IMG/VR virus record: IMGVR_UViG_2667527770_000007
Origin: a virus
Taxonomy: Duplodnaviria > Heunggongvirae > Uroviricota > Caudoviricetes
Direction: 5' to 3' (one strand)
DNA length: 30,007 nt
A program made the position numbers and the translations under genes. This document shows positions 1 through 11,422 of the stretch, piece by piece. The notes beneath the pieces were generated by a model, which had not been told where the DNA came from, did not search any database, and saw nothing but the letters and a program-made list of their open reading frames with translations. Positions within the stretch are counted from its first letter, which is position 1, and each line of letters starts with the position of its first letter.

Positions 1-936
1 ATGAAAATTTCTTTAGTCGTTCCGGTCTTTAACGAAGAGGCCACGATACCTATTTTTTATAAAGCCGTGCGCGAATTTGAAGGGCTTCAGCAGCATGAAG
101 TCGAGATAGTCTTCATAAACGATGGCAGCAAAGACGCTACAGAATCAATTATCAACGAGCTTGCTGTTGCCGACCCGCTTGTGGTTTCGCTGTCGTTCAC
201 ACGTAACTTCGGCAAAGAACCTGCCCTGTTCGCAGGTCTGGACCATGCTACCGGGGAGGCAATTATCCCGATTGACGTTGATCTGCAAGACCCTATCGAA
301 GTTATTCCTCACTTGATAGAGAAATGGCAGGCCGGTGCAGATATGGTTCTGGCTAAACGCTCTGACCGCTCCACTGACAGCAGGCTGAAGCGTAAATCTG
401 CTGAGTGGTTCTATAAACTTCATAACAAAATCAGCAACCCTCAGATAGAAGAGAATGTTGGCGACTTCCGGCTCATGTCTCGCGAAGTAGTAGAAAACAT
501 TAAGCTCATGCCAGAACGAAACCTGTTTATGAAGGGGATACTATCCTGGGTAGGTGGTAAGACAGATGTGGTTGAATACGTAAGAGCCGAAAGAGCCGCA
601 GGAAAAAGTAAGTTTAATGGCTGGAAACTGTGGAACCTTGCTCTAGAAGGTATCACAAGCTTCTCAACTTTCCCTCTGCGCATGTGGACTTATATCGGCC
701 TGTTCGTTGCTGGCGTGGCGTTCCTGTACGGAGCGTGGATGATTATTGATACCCTTGCTTTCGGTAATGCTGTGCGCGGTTATCCATCTCTGTTGGTTTC
801 GATACTCTTCCTCGGCGGTATTCAACTTATAGGTATTGGCGTGCTTGGAGAGTACATAGGTCGAATTTATATTGAGACAAAAAGAAGACCGAAATATTTA
901 TTGAAAAATTCCAAGGGGAATAGTGTTGATGTTTAG
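1..936 (+). CDS. gtrB: Bactoprenol glucosyltransferase GtrB (GT2 family); window begins at its ATG
   Basis: 311-aa ORF; N-terminus [13 protein letters not shown]...INDGSKDAT and DxD-type region (IPIDVDLQD) with C-terminal TM helices are typical of GtrB/YfdH as I recall it. Identity is from memory, not a search. Confidence 0.9.
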   Translation: MKISLVVPVFNEEATIPIFYKAVREFEGLQQHEVEIVFINDGSKDATESIINELAVADPLVVSLSFTRNFGKEPALFAGLDHATGEAIIPIDVDLQDPIEVIPHLIEKWQAGADMVLAKRSDRSTDSRLKRKSAEWFYKLHNKISNPQIEENVGDFRLMSREVVENIKLMPERNLFMKGILSWVGGKTDVVEYVRAERAAGKSKFNGWKLWNLALEGITSFSTFPLRMWTYIGLFVAGVAFLYGAWMIIDTLAFGNAVRGYPSLLVSILFLGGIQLIGIGVLGEYIGRIYIETKRRPKYLLKNSKGNSVDV

Positions 937-2326
937 TAAGTTAATGGCATTGAAAATTGATGAAATAGGCCGTGAGAAGTCACTGGCATTTATGGTATTA
1001 TTTAGTTTCGTGGTAATGATGCTAGGTAGCTCAAGAAGCATATATGGCGTTTACATGCCTGATGACTTTTTATTGGCCTCTCAAAAGATGCCTATGTCAT
1101 TCTATCTCAATCAAGGCCGCTTTATCCAAGCTGCCATTACAGGCTTTTTTAACTATATTGACATCAATATTGTATCTTCAAGCCCTATATTCACCCCGCT
1201 ATTTTTTATTTCAACATCACTTGCATCATCTTTATTAGTAATTACCTTATTAGAAAAAAGATCTTCTTTAATTATTTCATGTTTACTTTCGGGTGCAATT
1301 GTTAGCCACCCAGCTTTCAGCATGATGTCTGTATATCACCTTGCTGTTGTTTGCTTTGCTCTTTGCATGATTTGCATTGTTGGTTACATGATTTCATTTG
1401 ATGATTTCATAAAAACACACAATACCAGATCTGCTCTAACTGCTTCTTTTTTCGTGCTTCTAGTTTGCGGAAATTATCAATCCGCCTTTATAGTAATAAT
1501 AATTTACTCAGTTATTCGGATATATATTGTAGAGCATAAATTGTTAACTTTGAACAATATTAAAGCGGCCTACCCTATCATTGTTGGTTTAGTTGCTTAT
1601 GCTATCTTCTTTAAACTAACAAAAAATATGCTTGGTGAAAACCACTGGGATTCAAGAGCTGGTTTAGTCGAAGATCCATCGCTGCGCATACGGGAAATAT
1701 TTGCTTTCCTCCCTAGCTTTTTTTATAAAAATTGGTGGGTTATTCCAAAGCAATTTGGCATAGTTTTATCAGTTGCTTCAGCCTTTTACATTACAACTTA
1801 TTTATATAAATCAAATAAACTAACTGCATCATTAGCATTAATCCCTTTTCTTTTACTAACAGCTATTGTAATGCCTCTGGCTTTACTGAAGGTATGGGAC
1901 CCAACCCCCCGAGCACTATTTTCTATTTCGTTTCTTTATCCTTCTGTCATGATTCTCTTTTACAATGAGTCGATGATTAGACTTAAGGCAATATTGCTTT
2001 CAATAGCTGTACTGTTTGGACTTATCTCTTCTAATGGCTATCTTTATCAGACGGAAATGGCACAAAAGAAAGATGCCTTACTAGCGATAAAATCGTACAA
2101 CTTGGTAAAGAATAGCAGAGTTAAGGCGAACAGAATCGCTATTGTGAATAATAATGCAATAAACGTCGACTCCTGGGCCTTAAATGGGCTTATCTACTTC
2201 TTGACAAATGAGAATATGAATATCTCATCGCCAACTGAAGATGAGATTGAGCAGTGTGATAAATTTAAAAACGAAAATCGCTTGATTGAAGGTAAAGAAT
2301 CACTTTTAGTTTGCTTGTCTAATTGA
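929..2326 (+). CDS. Serotype-specific O-antigen glucosyltransferase (GtrC-type), polytopic membrane protein
   Basis: 465-aa strongly hydrophobic ORF immediately after and overlapping gtrB (ATG at 929 preceded by AAGGGGA; the ORF track's 923 start is GTG). Markedly AT-rich compared with the rest of the window. Position and composition are classic for the type-specific third gene of gtrABC; family assignment is positional, specificity unknown. Confidence 0.7.
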   Translation: MFSKLMALKIDEIGREKSLAFMVLFSFVVMMLGSSRSIYGVYMPDDFLLASQKMPMSFYLNQGRFIQAAITGFFNYIDINIVSSSPIFTPLFFISTSLASSLLVITLLEKRSSLIISCLLSGAIVSHPAFSMMSVYHLAVVCFALCMICIVGYMISFDDFIKTHNTRSALTASFFVLLVCGNYQSAFIVIIIYSVIRIYIVEHKLLTLNNIKAAYPIIVGLVAYAIFFKLTKNMLGENHWDSRAGLVEDPSLRIREIFAFLPSFFYKNWWVIPKQFGIVLSVASAFYITTYLYKSNKLTASLALIPFLLLTAIVMPLALLKVWDPTPRALFSISFLYPSVMILFYNESMIRLKAILLSIAVLFGLISSNGYLYQTEMAQKKDALLAIKSYNLVKNSRVKANRIAIVNNNAINVDSWALNGLIYFLTNENMNISSPTEDEIEQCDKFKNENRLIEGKESLLVCLSN

Positions 2327-2348
2327 CTGGAAGAATTATTCGTTTAGA

Positions 2349-2367
2349 AGGCTCCTCAATGGAGCCT
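2349..2367 (+). terminator. Hairpin downstream of gtrC (AGGCTCC-TCAAT-GGAGCCT), possible weak terminator
   Basis: 7-bp perfect inverted repeat seen in sequence 23 nt after the gtrC stop; no clear U-tract, so function is uncertain. Confidence 0.3.
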
Positions 2368-2435
2368 AATATTAAGGTTTCTCAGGCCAACTAATGTTAG
2401 GTGCTACAGATGTATCTATCTCCTGAACCTTTTTG

Positions 2436-3632
<1,197 letters not shown>

Positions 3633-3839
3633 CTAAGCCAAAGAGATTGAACTCACCTCACCGGGGGTATAGACTTGCCTTGATTCACAACAAATTGATT
3701 TCTTGAAAGAGATTTCTCTACCTCCCGGTTCCCGACCGTGAGGGATTTTTTTTGCCAAACGTGCTGATATGCCCCTTACCCATTTACTTTATATGGCTAT
3801 ACCATTAGCATGCGCGCCGCTTTGTTATAAACTAGGTGA

Positions 3840-3885
3840 TGGTGCCGATAATAGGAGTCGAACCTACGACCTTCGCATTACGAAT
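3840..3885 (-). other. Partial tRNA-Thr(CGU) gene, 3' 46 nt only (anticodon loop to CCA); phage attachment-site relic
   Basis: Minus-strand sequence ...ATTCGTAATGCGAAGGTCGTAGGTTCGACTCCTATTATCGGCACCA matches the 3' portion of thrW-type tRNA-Thr as I recall it; the 5' half (acceptor/D arm) is absent and the sequence diverges upstream of the anticodon stem. Confidence 0.7.
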
Positions 3886-4119
3886 CTGTAGCACCAATCA
3901 TAACTATCTGTTTTAGCAAGCATTAACCGCATTCACTAAGTTATAGTTGATGGCACAAACAGAAAGTTGATGCATGATGTTGTCATGCGTATGTCACAAA
4001 TACGGCACAACAATCTTCAAATATGTAGACACACATCCACAGGAGAGCACAAAGCCTTGCAATACAGTGCAAAGCCTTGTGTGTCTCAGTTTTGTCCTGT
4101 GTGCCAGATATTGAATGGC

Positions 4120-4722
4120 CTACGCCTCCGGCAGTTCAGGCCAGATGACATCCGGCGCGGTGCTGGTATCTGTTGCCGTCACCGCGTCAATGTAATCCAG
4201 CACAGCGTTAAGGCGGGTTGTTTCTGCTTGCGTCAGCTGCCGCCCGGCCCGTAATTTCAGCTGAATCAGACTAATGGAAGCCATTGCAGCATCAATCAGT
4301 GACTGGCGTTGGATTTCTGCCGCGTCCACTGCGGCGCTATATTGTGCCTCAGTATCCGTCACCCATTTCTCACCATCCCATTTATCATATGGCGTTAACG
4401 GGGCGATAGTGGTTGTATTTTCAGGGTAATCACCCAGAGCTGTGATTTCTTTCGATTCTCCTGTTTCGGTGCTATAGATGATTTCACCGCGATGGTCTGG
4501 CACATATTCCCATGAGTTAAAATCTGCAGAACGGCAGATTGCATAACCAGCTTTGTTTGAGCCAGGAGCATCTAAACAGGAATGCGCCGGAATACCGACA
4601 CCCACAGCAAGATACTCAGTTGATGTGGAAATATATCCCCGCGTTTCTCCGTTGTAGTTATAAACGTTAATAAAGCCGGGTTCCGTGGCAATAAATTCAC
4701 TGTTTAATTTTGCCTGTGTCAT
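4120..4722 (-). CDS. Tail fibre assembly protein (Tfa chaperone)
   Basis: 200-aa ORF with the conserved Tfa-type C-terminal region (...KWDGEKWVTD...AETTRLNAVLDYIDA...), overlapping the tail-fibre stop by 1 nt (TAATG). Confidence 0.8.
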   Translation of the reverse strand: MTQAKLNSEFIATEPGFINVYNYNGETRGYISTSTEYLAVGVGIPAHSCLDAPGSNKAGYAICRSADFNSWEYVPDHRGEIIYSTETGESKEITALGDYPENTTTIAPLTPYDKWDGEKWVTDTEAQYSAAVDAAEIQRQSLIDAAMASISLIQLKLRAGRQLTQAETTRLNAVLDYIDAVTATDTSTAPDVIWPELPEA

Positions 4723-5423
4723 TATGCAGCCCTCACGATGTAGTTAAATGCAATGTTGCGGGGGCGCGTTTCATTTCCGCCTGTGTCGCTGGTATCTCTG
4801 CCTGCTTCACCGTGAAAATCGTATACAGCACCAGTTCCGTTATCTGCAGCCCAGGCTTTAAAAAACTTAAATTCGTGGTGGTGCGCTTTAAATAAATCGG
4901 ACTGCGCCGAGAGAAGCGCGCGCCCTTCATCCACCCCACGTCCGTCATCCCAGCCACGGATAAATTCTCCGCGTAAATCAGGCAATCTATTTGTTGGATA
5001 AGCCTTTGCCAGTTCCGGGTATTCTTCAGCAGAAAATGCCGCACCGTTGCATTTCAGCCAGCCTGTTGGCGGTGTGGCTGAAGGCCATGGAACAGGCACA
5101 CCAACAGGTAATGCAGAGCCTTCTCCCAAATCAAGATTTTCGAGAGCCGTTTTCACCGTGCCATCCGATTTGATATCGCCAAACGGATTCTTGCGGCTTA
5201 ACAGCAGCGCACGAAGTGCGGTAAGCAGCTGGTCATGCCGCCCTTTCTCCAGGCTGGCACCGGAGGCCTCCACCACGCTACAAAGTTCTTCCTGCAACAT
5301 GTCAAAGTAGTCATCATCCAGATCGGTGGCAGGTGTGCCGGTCTGGGGGTTACCACGGGTAAAACCGTTCTTACCCGCGCCGAACTTATCCTTCTGCGCG
5401 GTTTTCGTGTCTATACGATGCAT
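4722..5423 (-). CDS. Short tail fibre protein with C-terminal tail-collar-like domain
   Basis: 233 aa; N-terminus [21 protein letters not shown]... typical of baseplate-attached tail fibres; directly upstream of tfa. Confidence 0.7.
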   Translation of the reverse strand: MHRIDTKTAQKDKFGAGKNGFTRGNPQTGTPATDLDDDYFDMLQEELCSVVEASGASLEKGRHDQLLTALRALLLSRKNPFGDIKSDGTVKTALENLDLGEGSALPVGVPVPWPSATPPTGWLKCNGAAFSAEEYPELAKAYPTNRLPDLRGEFIRGWDDGRGVDEGRALLSAQSDLFKAHHHEFKFFKAWAADNGTGAVYDFHGEAGRDTSDTGGNETRPRNIAFNYIVRAA

Positions 5424-5426
5424 GGA

Positions 5427-6011
5427 TTACTCCGGATATTTAAAAATTACGTAGGTATGCGAAGGGCAGAGTTTGTTAAGCACGCACTCGACGACGGTGT
5501 CGCCCCAGATACGCAGCGCGGTATCACAGGGATCGCCACATGTCATCCAGGTGGTGTTGGTGGCGGCTGGCATGTTGACCTGCCAGTAATACCGCCATTC
5601 CGGCGCATTCACCGCGTCAGTACAGGCCGATGAGCAGGTAAACGTGCTTTTATCGTATCGCGTGATAGTGGCGTCTGGTCTGCCCAGGGCAGCAAGCTGT
5701 GCAAGGTAAAAATCCTCATTGATGCCGCCCGCCAGATTAACCTTCGCATCCAGCCGTTGCTGACGCTGGCGAAGGGTCTGTGTCCCTGCGGGAATACATT
5801 CATCCGGCAGACCGCACAGACGCTCCCAGCGGTTTATCAGTTCAGTGGTGGTGCGCGGATCCAGCTCCCGCATCAGGGCATCCGCACGCTGATGAACGCG
5901 GGTTAATGACGGTGCCGCACCGGCAATCGCCGGATCTCTGGCTGACCACGCCGGACCGGGTGGCAACAGTGCCGACAACAGACGGATGTAATCATCGTTT
6001 GTCACGTCCAT
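5427..6011 (-). CDS. Mu gp48-like tail protein (DUF2313-type)
   Basis: 194 aa; position between baseplate-J-like gene and tail fibre; family call by pattern recognition only. Confidence 0.55.
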   Translation of the reverse strand: MDVTNDDYIRLLSALLPPGPAWSARDPAIAGAAPSLTRVHQRADALMRELDPRTTTELINRWERLCGLPDECIPAGTQTLRQRQQRLDAKVNLAGGINEDFYLAQLAALGRPDATITRYDKSTFTCSSACTDAVNAPEWRYYWQVNMPAATNTTWMTCGDPCDTALRIWGDTVVECVLNKLCPSHTYVIFKYPE

Positions 6012-7060
6012 GAAATCGTCCCCAGAACCGCCAGTTCATTTTTCGCAATGGAGATATTGTCTGCCGGTGCAAGCAACTGATGGCTATATTCCCCGTTCGC
6101 ACCGGAAATCGCCTCACTGATACGCGATACCTTCAGTTCTCCCTGCGGATAACCATCACGCAGAAGAAACGAACGCAACTCCGCGGTGATGGCGGCTCGT
6201 ATTTCTGGTGTGTCCGGCGTCACGCGGATATGAAAATCCACCGTATGTGCCACCGGCCTGAATACATACAAATCAGAGCCTGCCACCGGGGCCAGTGGCA
6301 CGATATGTTGTCTTGCTGCCGTTTCCGTTGATTCTTCCGGAATGGGATTAATCAGGTCACTGCTGGCAATCATCACACCGACAGTTCCCGTTCCCATCCA
6401 GTGACGGTATGTCCATGCGCGGGTAATGCCGGGCACTTCTTTAGCCCAGACGACATAGTCCCCGTCAGCCCCGCCCTGAGGCGTCCAGTAATACCGCTCA
6501 ATGACGCGGGCGCGCCACGTTTCCAGCTCTTCAGTATCAAATCCGCCTGTAAGGGTGTCAGCCACACCGGAAGACGGCAGACCATTCACCGGCGTGACCA
6601 GGATTAATGCCGTACCGTCGTCAGCGTTACCGACCGCGCCTGAACTTGAGCAGGCGATCGGCACGCGCAGGACACCACCGGAGCTGGTTGCATCGGCAGT
6701 TGCCGTGTACTGAACCAGGTCATCGCGCTGAATAACACTCCCGGCGGTCACCTTCAGGCCATCGCTGACACCTTCCCAGCGCATATACCCGCTGGCAGCC
6801 GTGGCCCCCTTGCGCGGACACCGTTTCATCGCAGCATGTCGCGCCAGCCAGGACTCATCGCACAGGTCAGGCAGCATGTTCATTGCCAGATAATCGATGT
6901 AACCGTAAACCGTATGCAGCGCCGCCGCATACACCTTTGCCCGCACGTCTTCATCCATGCGCCGGAGCGTGTCGCTGACGTCCAGCCTGGCGAATAAATC
7001 GTTACGGAGCATACTGATATTTTCTGCCAGCGTCGGGCGCTGAAATTCACTGTCCGCCAT
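6002..7060 (-). CDS. Baseplate J-like protein (Mu gp47-like)
   Basis: 352 aa; synteny inside a Mu-type baseplate cluster (gp44-gp48 order). Confidence 0.65.
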   Translation of the reverse strand: MADSEFQRPTLAENISMLRNDLFARLDVSDTLRRMDEDVRAKVYAAALHTVYGYIDYLAMNMLPDLCDESWLARHAAMKRCPRKGATAASGYMRWEGVSDGLKVTAGSVIQRDDLVQYTATADATSSGGVLRVPIACSSSGAVGNADDGTALILVTPVNGLPSSGVADTLTGGFDTEELETWRARVIERYYWTPQGGADGDYVVWAKEVPGITRAWTYRHWMGTGTVGVMIASSDLINPIPEESTETAARQHIVPLAPVAGSDLYVFRPVAHTVDFHIRVTPDTPEIRAAITAELRSFLLRDGYPQGELKVSRISEAISGANGEYSHQLLAPADNISIAKNELAVLGTISWT

Positions 7061-7475
7061 GCGTTATCGCACTCCACAGATCATCAAAAGAAATCATTAC
7101 CGGTCCGTCACGACGCCAGAGAGTGATACTGTTACCCAGTTCATTAATCCCGGTGCGGCGGATATCCAGATCAATACGGGACACCACGCCATCATCAATC
7201 ATCCATTGCAGGCATTCGCGGATATACCCCCTTACCGTCTGCACCAGCTGATTGGTCAGTTTGCTGCGCTGAAGCAGCCACAGTCGGGAGCCGTAACGGT
7301 CATTCTGTACCGCAGGCCAGGTATCCCCCCACCATCCCATCGGGACGTCGGCGTTGTCATCAGGCTCCGCCCGCCGCCAGGTGAACAGGGAAATCACCAC
7401 GGCGCGGGTCAGCGGATCCAGCGGTGCGCTGGCGCAGGTGCGTTTACCGTTCACCGTCAGCCACAGTTCCATCAT
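7047..7475 (-). CDS. Mu gp46-like baseplate protein
   Basis: 142 aa; conserved position between V-like and J-like genes. Confidence 0.6.
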   Translation of the reverse strand: MMELWLTVNGKRTCASAPLDPLTRAVVISLFTWRRAEPDDNADVPMGWWGDTWPAVQNDRYGSRLWLLQRSKLTNQLVQTVRGYIRECLQWMIDDGVVSRIDLDIRRTGINELGNSITLWRRDGPVMISFDDLWSAITHGGQ

Positions 7476-8020
7476 GCCTCCATCGCTTTATCAGGTTTGT
7501 CGGTGTTACTTCCCTGACCGTTCTCTCTGTGACGATGCCCGTTATAGGCAAGCCGCATCGCTGACATGGTGGTGCCGCCGGAGTCGCACAGGTCTTTCAC
7601 CTGTCCTGTCACTTCCAGGTCCATTTCAAAACGTGCCTTAGGCGCATTGCGAAACGTGATCGTTTTACCTGCACCGTCCACCACGATCCCCTCCCGGGTC
7701 AGCGTCACGGACTGCCCCTGATCGTCATAGACAGCCACCTCCCCCGTTTGCAGCCCTTTCAGGCGGTAGCGACGGTCCGACACCGTAACAACCACCGCAT
7801 GAGAACGGTCGCCATCCGGAAACAACACCACCGCTTCCGCACCGCTGTTTGCCCTTGCGGTAAAACCGTAGGGTTCAAGATGTTCAACCCCGGCTTTGGG
7901 TTCACCGGCAATCAGGGACACATCCACGGTCTGACATTTCGTGGCGGCACTGATGCTTTTCACCACGGCCCGCCCAATCAGGCCGAGGAGTTGTCGCTGC
8001 ATGGCTTCAATCGTCCTCAT
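7472..8020 (-). CDS. Baseplate assembly protein V / spike (Mu gp45-like)
   Basis: 182 aa; synteny and size. Confidence 0.6.
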   Translation of the reverse strand: MRTIEAMQRQLLGLIGRAVVKSISAATKCQTVDVSLIAGEPKAGVEHLEPYGFTARANSGAEAVVLFPDGDRSHAVVVTVSDRRYRLKGLQTGEVAVYDDQGQSVTLTREGIVVDGAGKTITFRNAPKARFEMDLEVTGQVKDLCDSGGTTMSAMRLAYNGHRHRENGQGSNTDKPDKAMEA

Positions 8021-9099
8021 CAGAACGGGTCCTCCTGTACTCTGGCTTTTTTCTTTTTCCGCGCGCCGGGGGCTTCGGGTTCAGGCAGATAAGCATCAGG
8101 TGGGCCGACACGGATTTCCGTCAGGGTGCCGTTCTGGTCCTGAGTAAACGTGACTTCCGAAACAAGCAGTTCGGTATTGTCGAAACCACAGACCGGATCA
8201 AAGACAATCACCCGCTGGTTGGGCTGCCACAGCGTACCGTTACCCTGTCGCCAGCCCTGCACCACATAGGTGGTTTCATCCGTCCGCGCCGCCCGTTGTC
8301 GGGCTTCAAAGTCCGCACGGGCAATACAGCCTGCCCCCGTAGCCTGCCCTGTCTGCCTGATATACATCGGACGGTAACGGGCAATAAATGCGTCCTCTGT
8401 GCGGGCCCGCAGCGCGGTGGTGGTGGCCTCACCGAAATCATCGTCGTTTCCGGCACGCTGCCCCGCCACCTGGTAAACAGAAAACCGCTCCCGGATACTC
8501 TTCTCCGTATCGCAGGAAAGGATGTTTTCCCCGAGTACCAGCGCAGTATGTGCCCGCGTTGAGCCAATACCGCCAATCACCAGCCTGCCGTGCGGGTCGT
8601 CGTAAGCCAGTGCCTGCTGCTGACCGAGTATTTTGTTGATTACCTCAATCACCGTTTCACCGTGATCAGGCTGGACATCAGGAATAACACCCGACGGCGC
8701 ACCGTTGTTCACCACCTCAATGCCGAAAGGCGCAGCAAGCGCCTGCGCAATCTGTACCAGCGATCGTCCGTTAAACTGTGTCGATTCGGCTGCACAGTCA
8801 ATCAGGTCAGCGGTCAGACTGCGTCCGGCAATACCGGTGCTGACCGAACGGGCATCGTAACGAACGGGCGTCGCCTCCACCCAGCCGGTGATCACCAGCT
8901 CATCACCAATCAGCACCTCCACTTTTGAACCGTTTTTAATGCGCGGCTGAAGCGTGGTAATACCCTCATCTCCCGGCCACTGGCGGGTGATCTCCACACT
9001 GAAATCCCGCGCCAGCCGTTCAATACCGGCACCGATGCGCACCGATGTCCAGCCATTCCACTCCCGGCCATTTACCCGTAGCGTGACATTGTCGTTCAT
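8020..9099 (-). CDS. Baseplate hub protein (Mu P/gp44-like, phage late control D family)
   Basis: 359 aa; synteny immediately downstream of the N-like gene. Confidence 0.6.
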   Translation of the reverse strand: MNDNVTLRVNGREWNGWTSVRIGAGIERLARDFSVEITRQWPGDEGITTLQPRIKNGSKVEVLIGDELVITGWVEATPVRYDARSVSTGIAGRSLTADLIDCAAESTQFNGRSLVQIAQALAAPFGIEVVNNGAPSGVIPDVQPDHGETVIEVINKILGQQQALAYDDPHGRLVIGGIGSTRAHTALVLGENILSCDTEKSIRERFSVYQVAGQRAGNDDDFGEATTTALRARTEDAFIARYRPMYIRQTGQATGAGCIARADFEARQRAARTDETTYVVQGWRQGNGTLWQPNQRVIVFDPVCGFDNTELLVSEVTFTQDQNGTLTEIRVGPPDAYLPEPEAPGARKKKKARVQEDPF

Positions 9100-10466
9100 T
9101 GCACTGGCACCTTCAGAGGGATCACCGGCACAAAGCCGGGATGCGTAATGGCATTACGCCGGATAATGTCCGCGTCACGCGCCGCGTTATCAAACCAGGT
9201 CGCCGCCAGCACCAGCGCGGGTAAAACCTCATCCGGTGTGCGCTGAATGATCCGTGCAGACTGTTCAAGGCGCGTGTTGATATCCGCATTCAGATCTGCT
9301 TTCACCCGGCGCAGCGCCAGAAACAGCGCATCACTGGTTGTACGGGACAACTCCTTATCAATTGCCGTATTCAGTGTGTCGCGAATGTCAGTCAGTTCTT
9401 CCCACGTCGGCAGGTCAACTGTGTTTTTCACCGCCGGTGCATTGTTCAGTGCCGGAGGCGTGACGGAAGGCCAGCCAGTGCTCTGCGCAGGTGTTGTTGC
9501 CTGCCCCACTGCGGCATTCTGCATCACCGCGGAAGTTGTTGGCGCAGGCAATCGGGTGACGGCATACGCCGCTTCGCTGATTGCGGTCGTACGAAGGGTG
9601 CTGGCAACCACGTTACGCTGCTGCGTAGCCGTGGCGGTGGTTTTACTGTCCGTTTTCCAGACGCCGCGCGGTTGCAGATCGCTGCCGAGGCTGACACCGG
9701 AAAGCGTTTTGATCATGGTGACCAGGTCGCTGGCGTTACCATAAAGGCGTTTCCCGGTACGCCACATTTTCTGCACCTGCTCAACGAAATTTTTGCCTGA
9801 CGATGGCGGCGGCAGAAGTACCGAGATATCCCCCTGCAACAGCCTGGCGGCATCCGATACGGCAGAATCCACCACTTTCATCGCATCAGAAACATACCCA
9901 AGCATTGTGCTGGCATTACCGACGACATCGTTCTGCACAAAATCTGCCACGCCATCGATACTGAAACTACTGAAACTGTCACTGATGCAGTCATCCAGTG
10001 CAGAACAGGATGACATCAGCGTCTGCGCCGTCGCCGCACCTGATGTGGGGTAAGAGAGTTCTCCCGCTTCGACAAACTTCAGGTCAAAGCGGACAATACG
10101 CCCTTCACTCTTCGATGTGCTGACCCGAACTTCCCCGTCAACACAGACTTTCAGCTCACCGTAAGTCGGATGGACAAGCGTGCCGGGACCGGGTTTATTC
10201 AGCGCGTCAATCAGGCGATCGCGCTGGTCAAAGCAGTCATCTCCCACCACATAAGCTGTGATGGACGGGCGGAAAGTGACTTTTCCCAGATCTTCGGTAT
10301 AGGGTTTGTCGCGGTTCGGGTATTCGTGCGTTTCCACACGACGACCGGTTCCCGCACTTTCTTCTTCAACCTTAAACGGCACACCGCGAAATGACGCGTC
10401 CTGAAGTCTGTCTTTCCACGTCATATAAACTCCGTACATAAAAAATCCCACCGGAGTGGGACTCAT
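9096..10466 (-). CDS. DNA circularisation protein N-like (Mu gp43-like) tail protein
   Basis: 456 aa; N-terminal region (...WKDRLQDASFRGVPFKVEEE...) resembles the Mu N family as I recall it. Confidence 0.6.
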   Translation of the reverse strand: MSPTPVGFFMYGVYMTWKDRLQDASFRGVPFKVEEESAGTGRRVETHEYPNRDKPYTEDLGKVTFRPSITAYVVGDDCFDQRDRLIDALNKPGPGTLVHPTYGELKVCVDGEVRVSTSKSEGRIVRFDLKFVEAGELSYPTSGAATAQTLMSSCSALDDCISDSFSSFSIDGVADFVQNDVVGNASTMLGYVSDAMKVVDSAVSDAARLLQGDISVLLPPPSSGKNFVEQVQKMWRTGKRLYGNASDLVTMIKTLSGVSLGSDLQPRGVWKTDSKTTATATQQRNVVASTLRTTAISEAAYAVTRLPAPTTSAVMQNAAVGQATTPAQSTGWPSVTPPALNNAPAVKNTVDLPTWEELTDIRDTLNTAIDKELSRTTSDALFLALRRVKADLNADINTRLEQSARIIQRTPDEVLPALVLAATWFDNAARDADIIRRNAITHPGFVPVIPLKVPVQ

Positions 10467-10682
10467 TAACAGATTAATTTTTCATTACCTGCCAAAGCGC
10501 GTATAGCCAACATCATGGCTGACATCAAAACCGCTGGATCGCGTTTCCATAACCCGCATACCCGGAGGCGAATTCACAAAAGAGACCTTGATCTCACCAT
10601 CAACTTTTGGCGCAGAAGCTTTGTTAATCATGAAGGGATTCGGGCCTGTGGCACCGGAACCAGCGTATTCGACGGAATGGTG

Positions 10683-10853
10683 TTAAAGCTTATCGTCATC
10701 GGTATTCACCTTTTTATTCACGCGCCGGATATCACCCGCTGCTTCACGGCGCAGCCAGTAGTTGTTCTCGTCAACATTTCGCCCTTCGGCGGGCAAAAGG
10801 TCGCCGCGGGCAGGGTCAGGCACTGACCGCCCTTTAACAGGTTTGACAAACAT
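10683..10853 (-). CDS. Small Mu gp38-like protein (DUF2635-like)
   Basis: 56-aa ORF (MFVKPVKGRSVPDPARGDLLPAEGRNVDENNYW...) found by manual translation; below the ORF-track length cut-off. Family call is tentative. Confidence 0.4.
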   Translation of the reverse strand: MFVKPVKGRSVPDPARGDLLPAEGRNVDENNYWLRREAAGDIRRVNKKVNTDDDKL

Positions 10854-10861
10854 GAGGATCC

Positions 10862-11422
10862 TCAGGAAGGAAGGGTTATTTCGGTGTGATGTTCGATATC
10901 GCCGTCAGGCCCGTTACCGGGCTCGAGATAATCAACATCAATCGCCAGCGTTTGCAGTTCATCCAGACTGTTCAGATCATCCTGCTGGCGGGTATCGTCT
11001 TCAGTCAGCTCGCTGATGACCGAAAAATCGAACTGATAAATCAGCTCATGACGATTCAGATCCAGCAGCGTGCCGCCGTCATAGGTAATCGGGTTACCGC
11101 ACGCTTCCGGGTTCCAGCCCAGCAGGGCCTTAAAGAGCATCTGCCGGACATCGTCCACCACATCATACGAGGCAAACTGACCGCGCTCATCACGCCCGTT
11201 ACTCAGTATGACAACCACGGAGAAGCCCTCTTTCAGCTCCTGCCAGTAGTCGGTCTGGCTTTTGTTTTCTCCCGGAGAGTCATCACCCGGTACCACATAC
11301 GCCGCCGGGAGTCTCAGCTTTCCGACCTCCGGCAGATTTTTGAACTGTGCCGCGCCTGCCACCCGGTTTTCAAAATACGGGCAGCGGGCACGCAGCGCAG
11401 CAATAACAGGCGTCAGTTTCAT
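10862..11422 (-). CDS. Mu gp37-like protein (DUF1834-like), tail-associated
   Basis: 186-aa acidic protein; position upstream of the gp38-like ORF. Confidence 0.45.
   Translation of the reverse strand: MKLTPVIAALRARCPYFENRVAGAAQFKNLPEVGKLRLPAAYVVPGDDSPGENKSQTDYWQELKEGFSVVVILSNGRDERGQFASYDVVDDVRQMLFKALLGWNPEACGNPITYDGGTLLDLNRHELIYQFDFSVISELTEDDTRQQDDLNSLDELQTLAIDVDYLEPGNGPDGDIEHHTEITLPS

Noticed and set aside
3840-3885. Possibility of an intact tRNA gene
   Set aside because: Only the 3' 46 nt (anticodon loop to CCA) match tRNA-Thr; the 5' acceptor and D arms are missing, so it is an att-type fragment, not a functional tRNA.
3967-4254. Plus-strand 95-aa ORF overlapping the 3' end of tfa
   Set aside because: Cys/Arg-rich, no RBS, overlaps a confident gene on the opposite strand; likely spurious.
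10486-10632. 48-aa minus-strand ORF (MINKASAPKVDGEIKVSFVNSPPGMRVMETRSSGFDVSHDVGYTRFGR) in the gap where sheath and tube genes would be
   Set aside because: Not called as a gene: too short and unrecognised. It may be a remnant of a deleted tail gene, so it is mentioned in the tail-deletion finding only.
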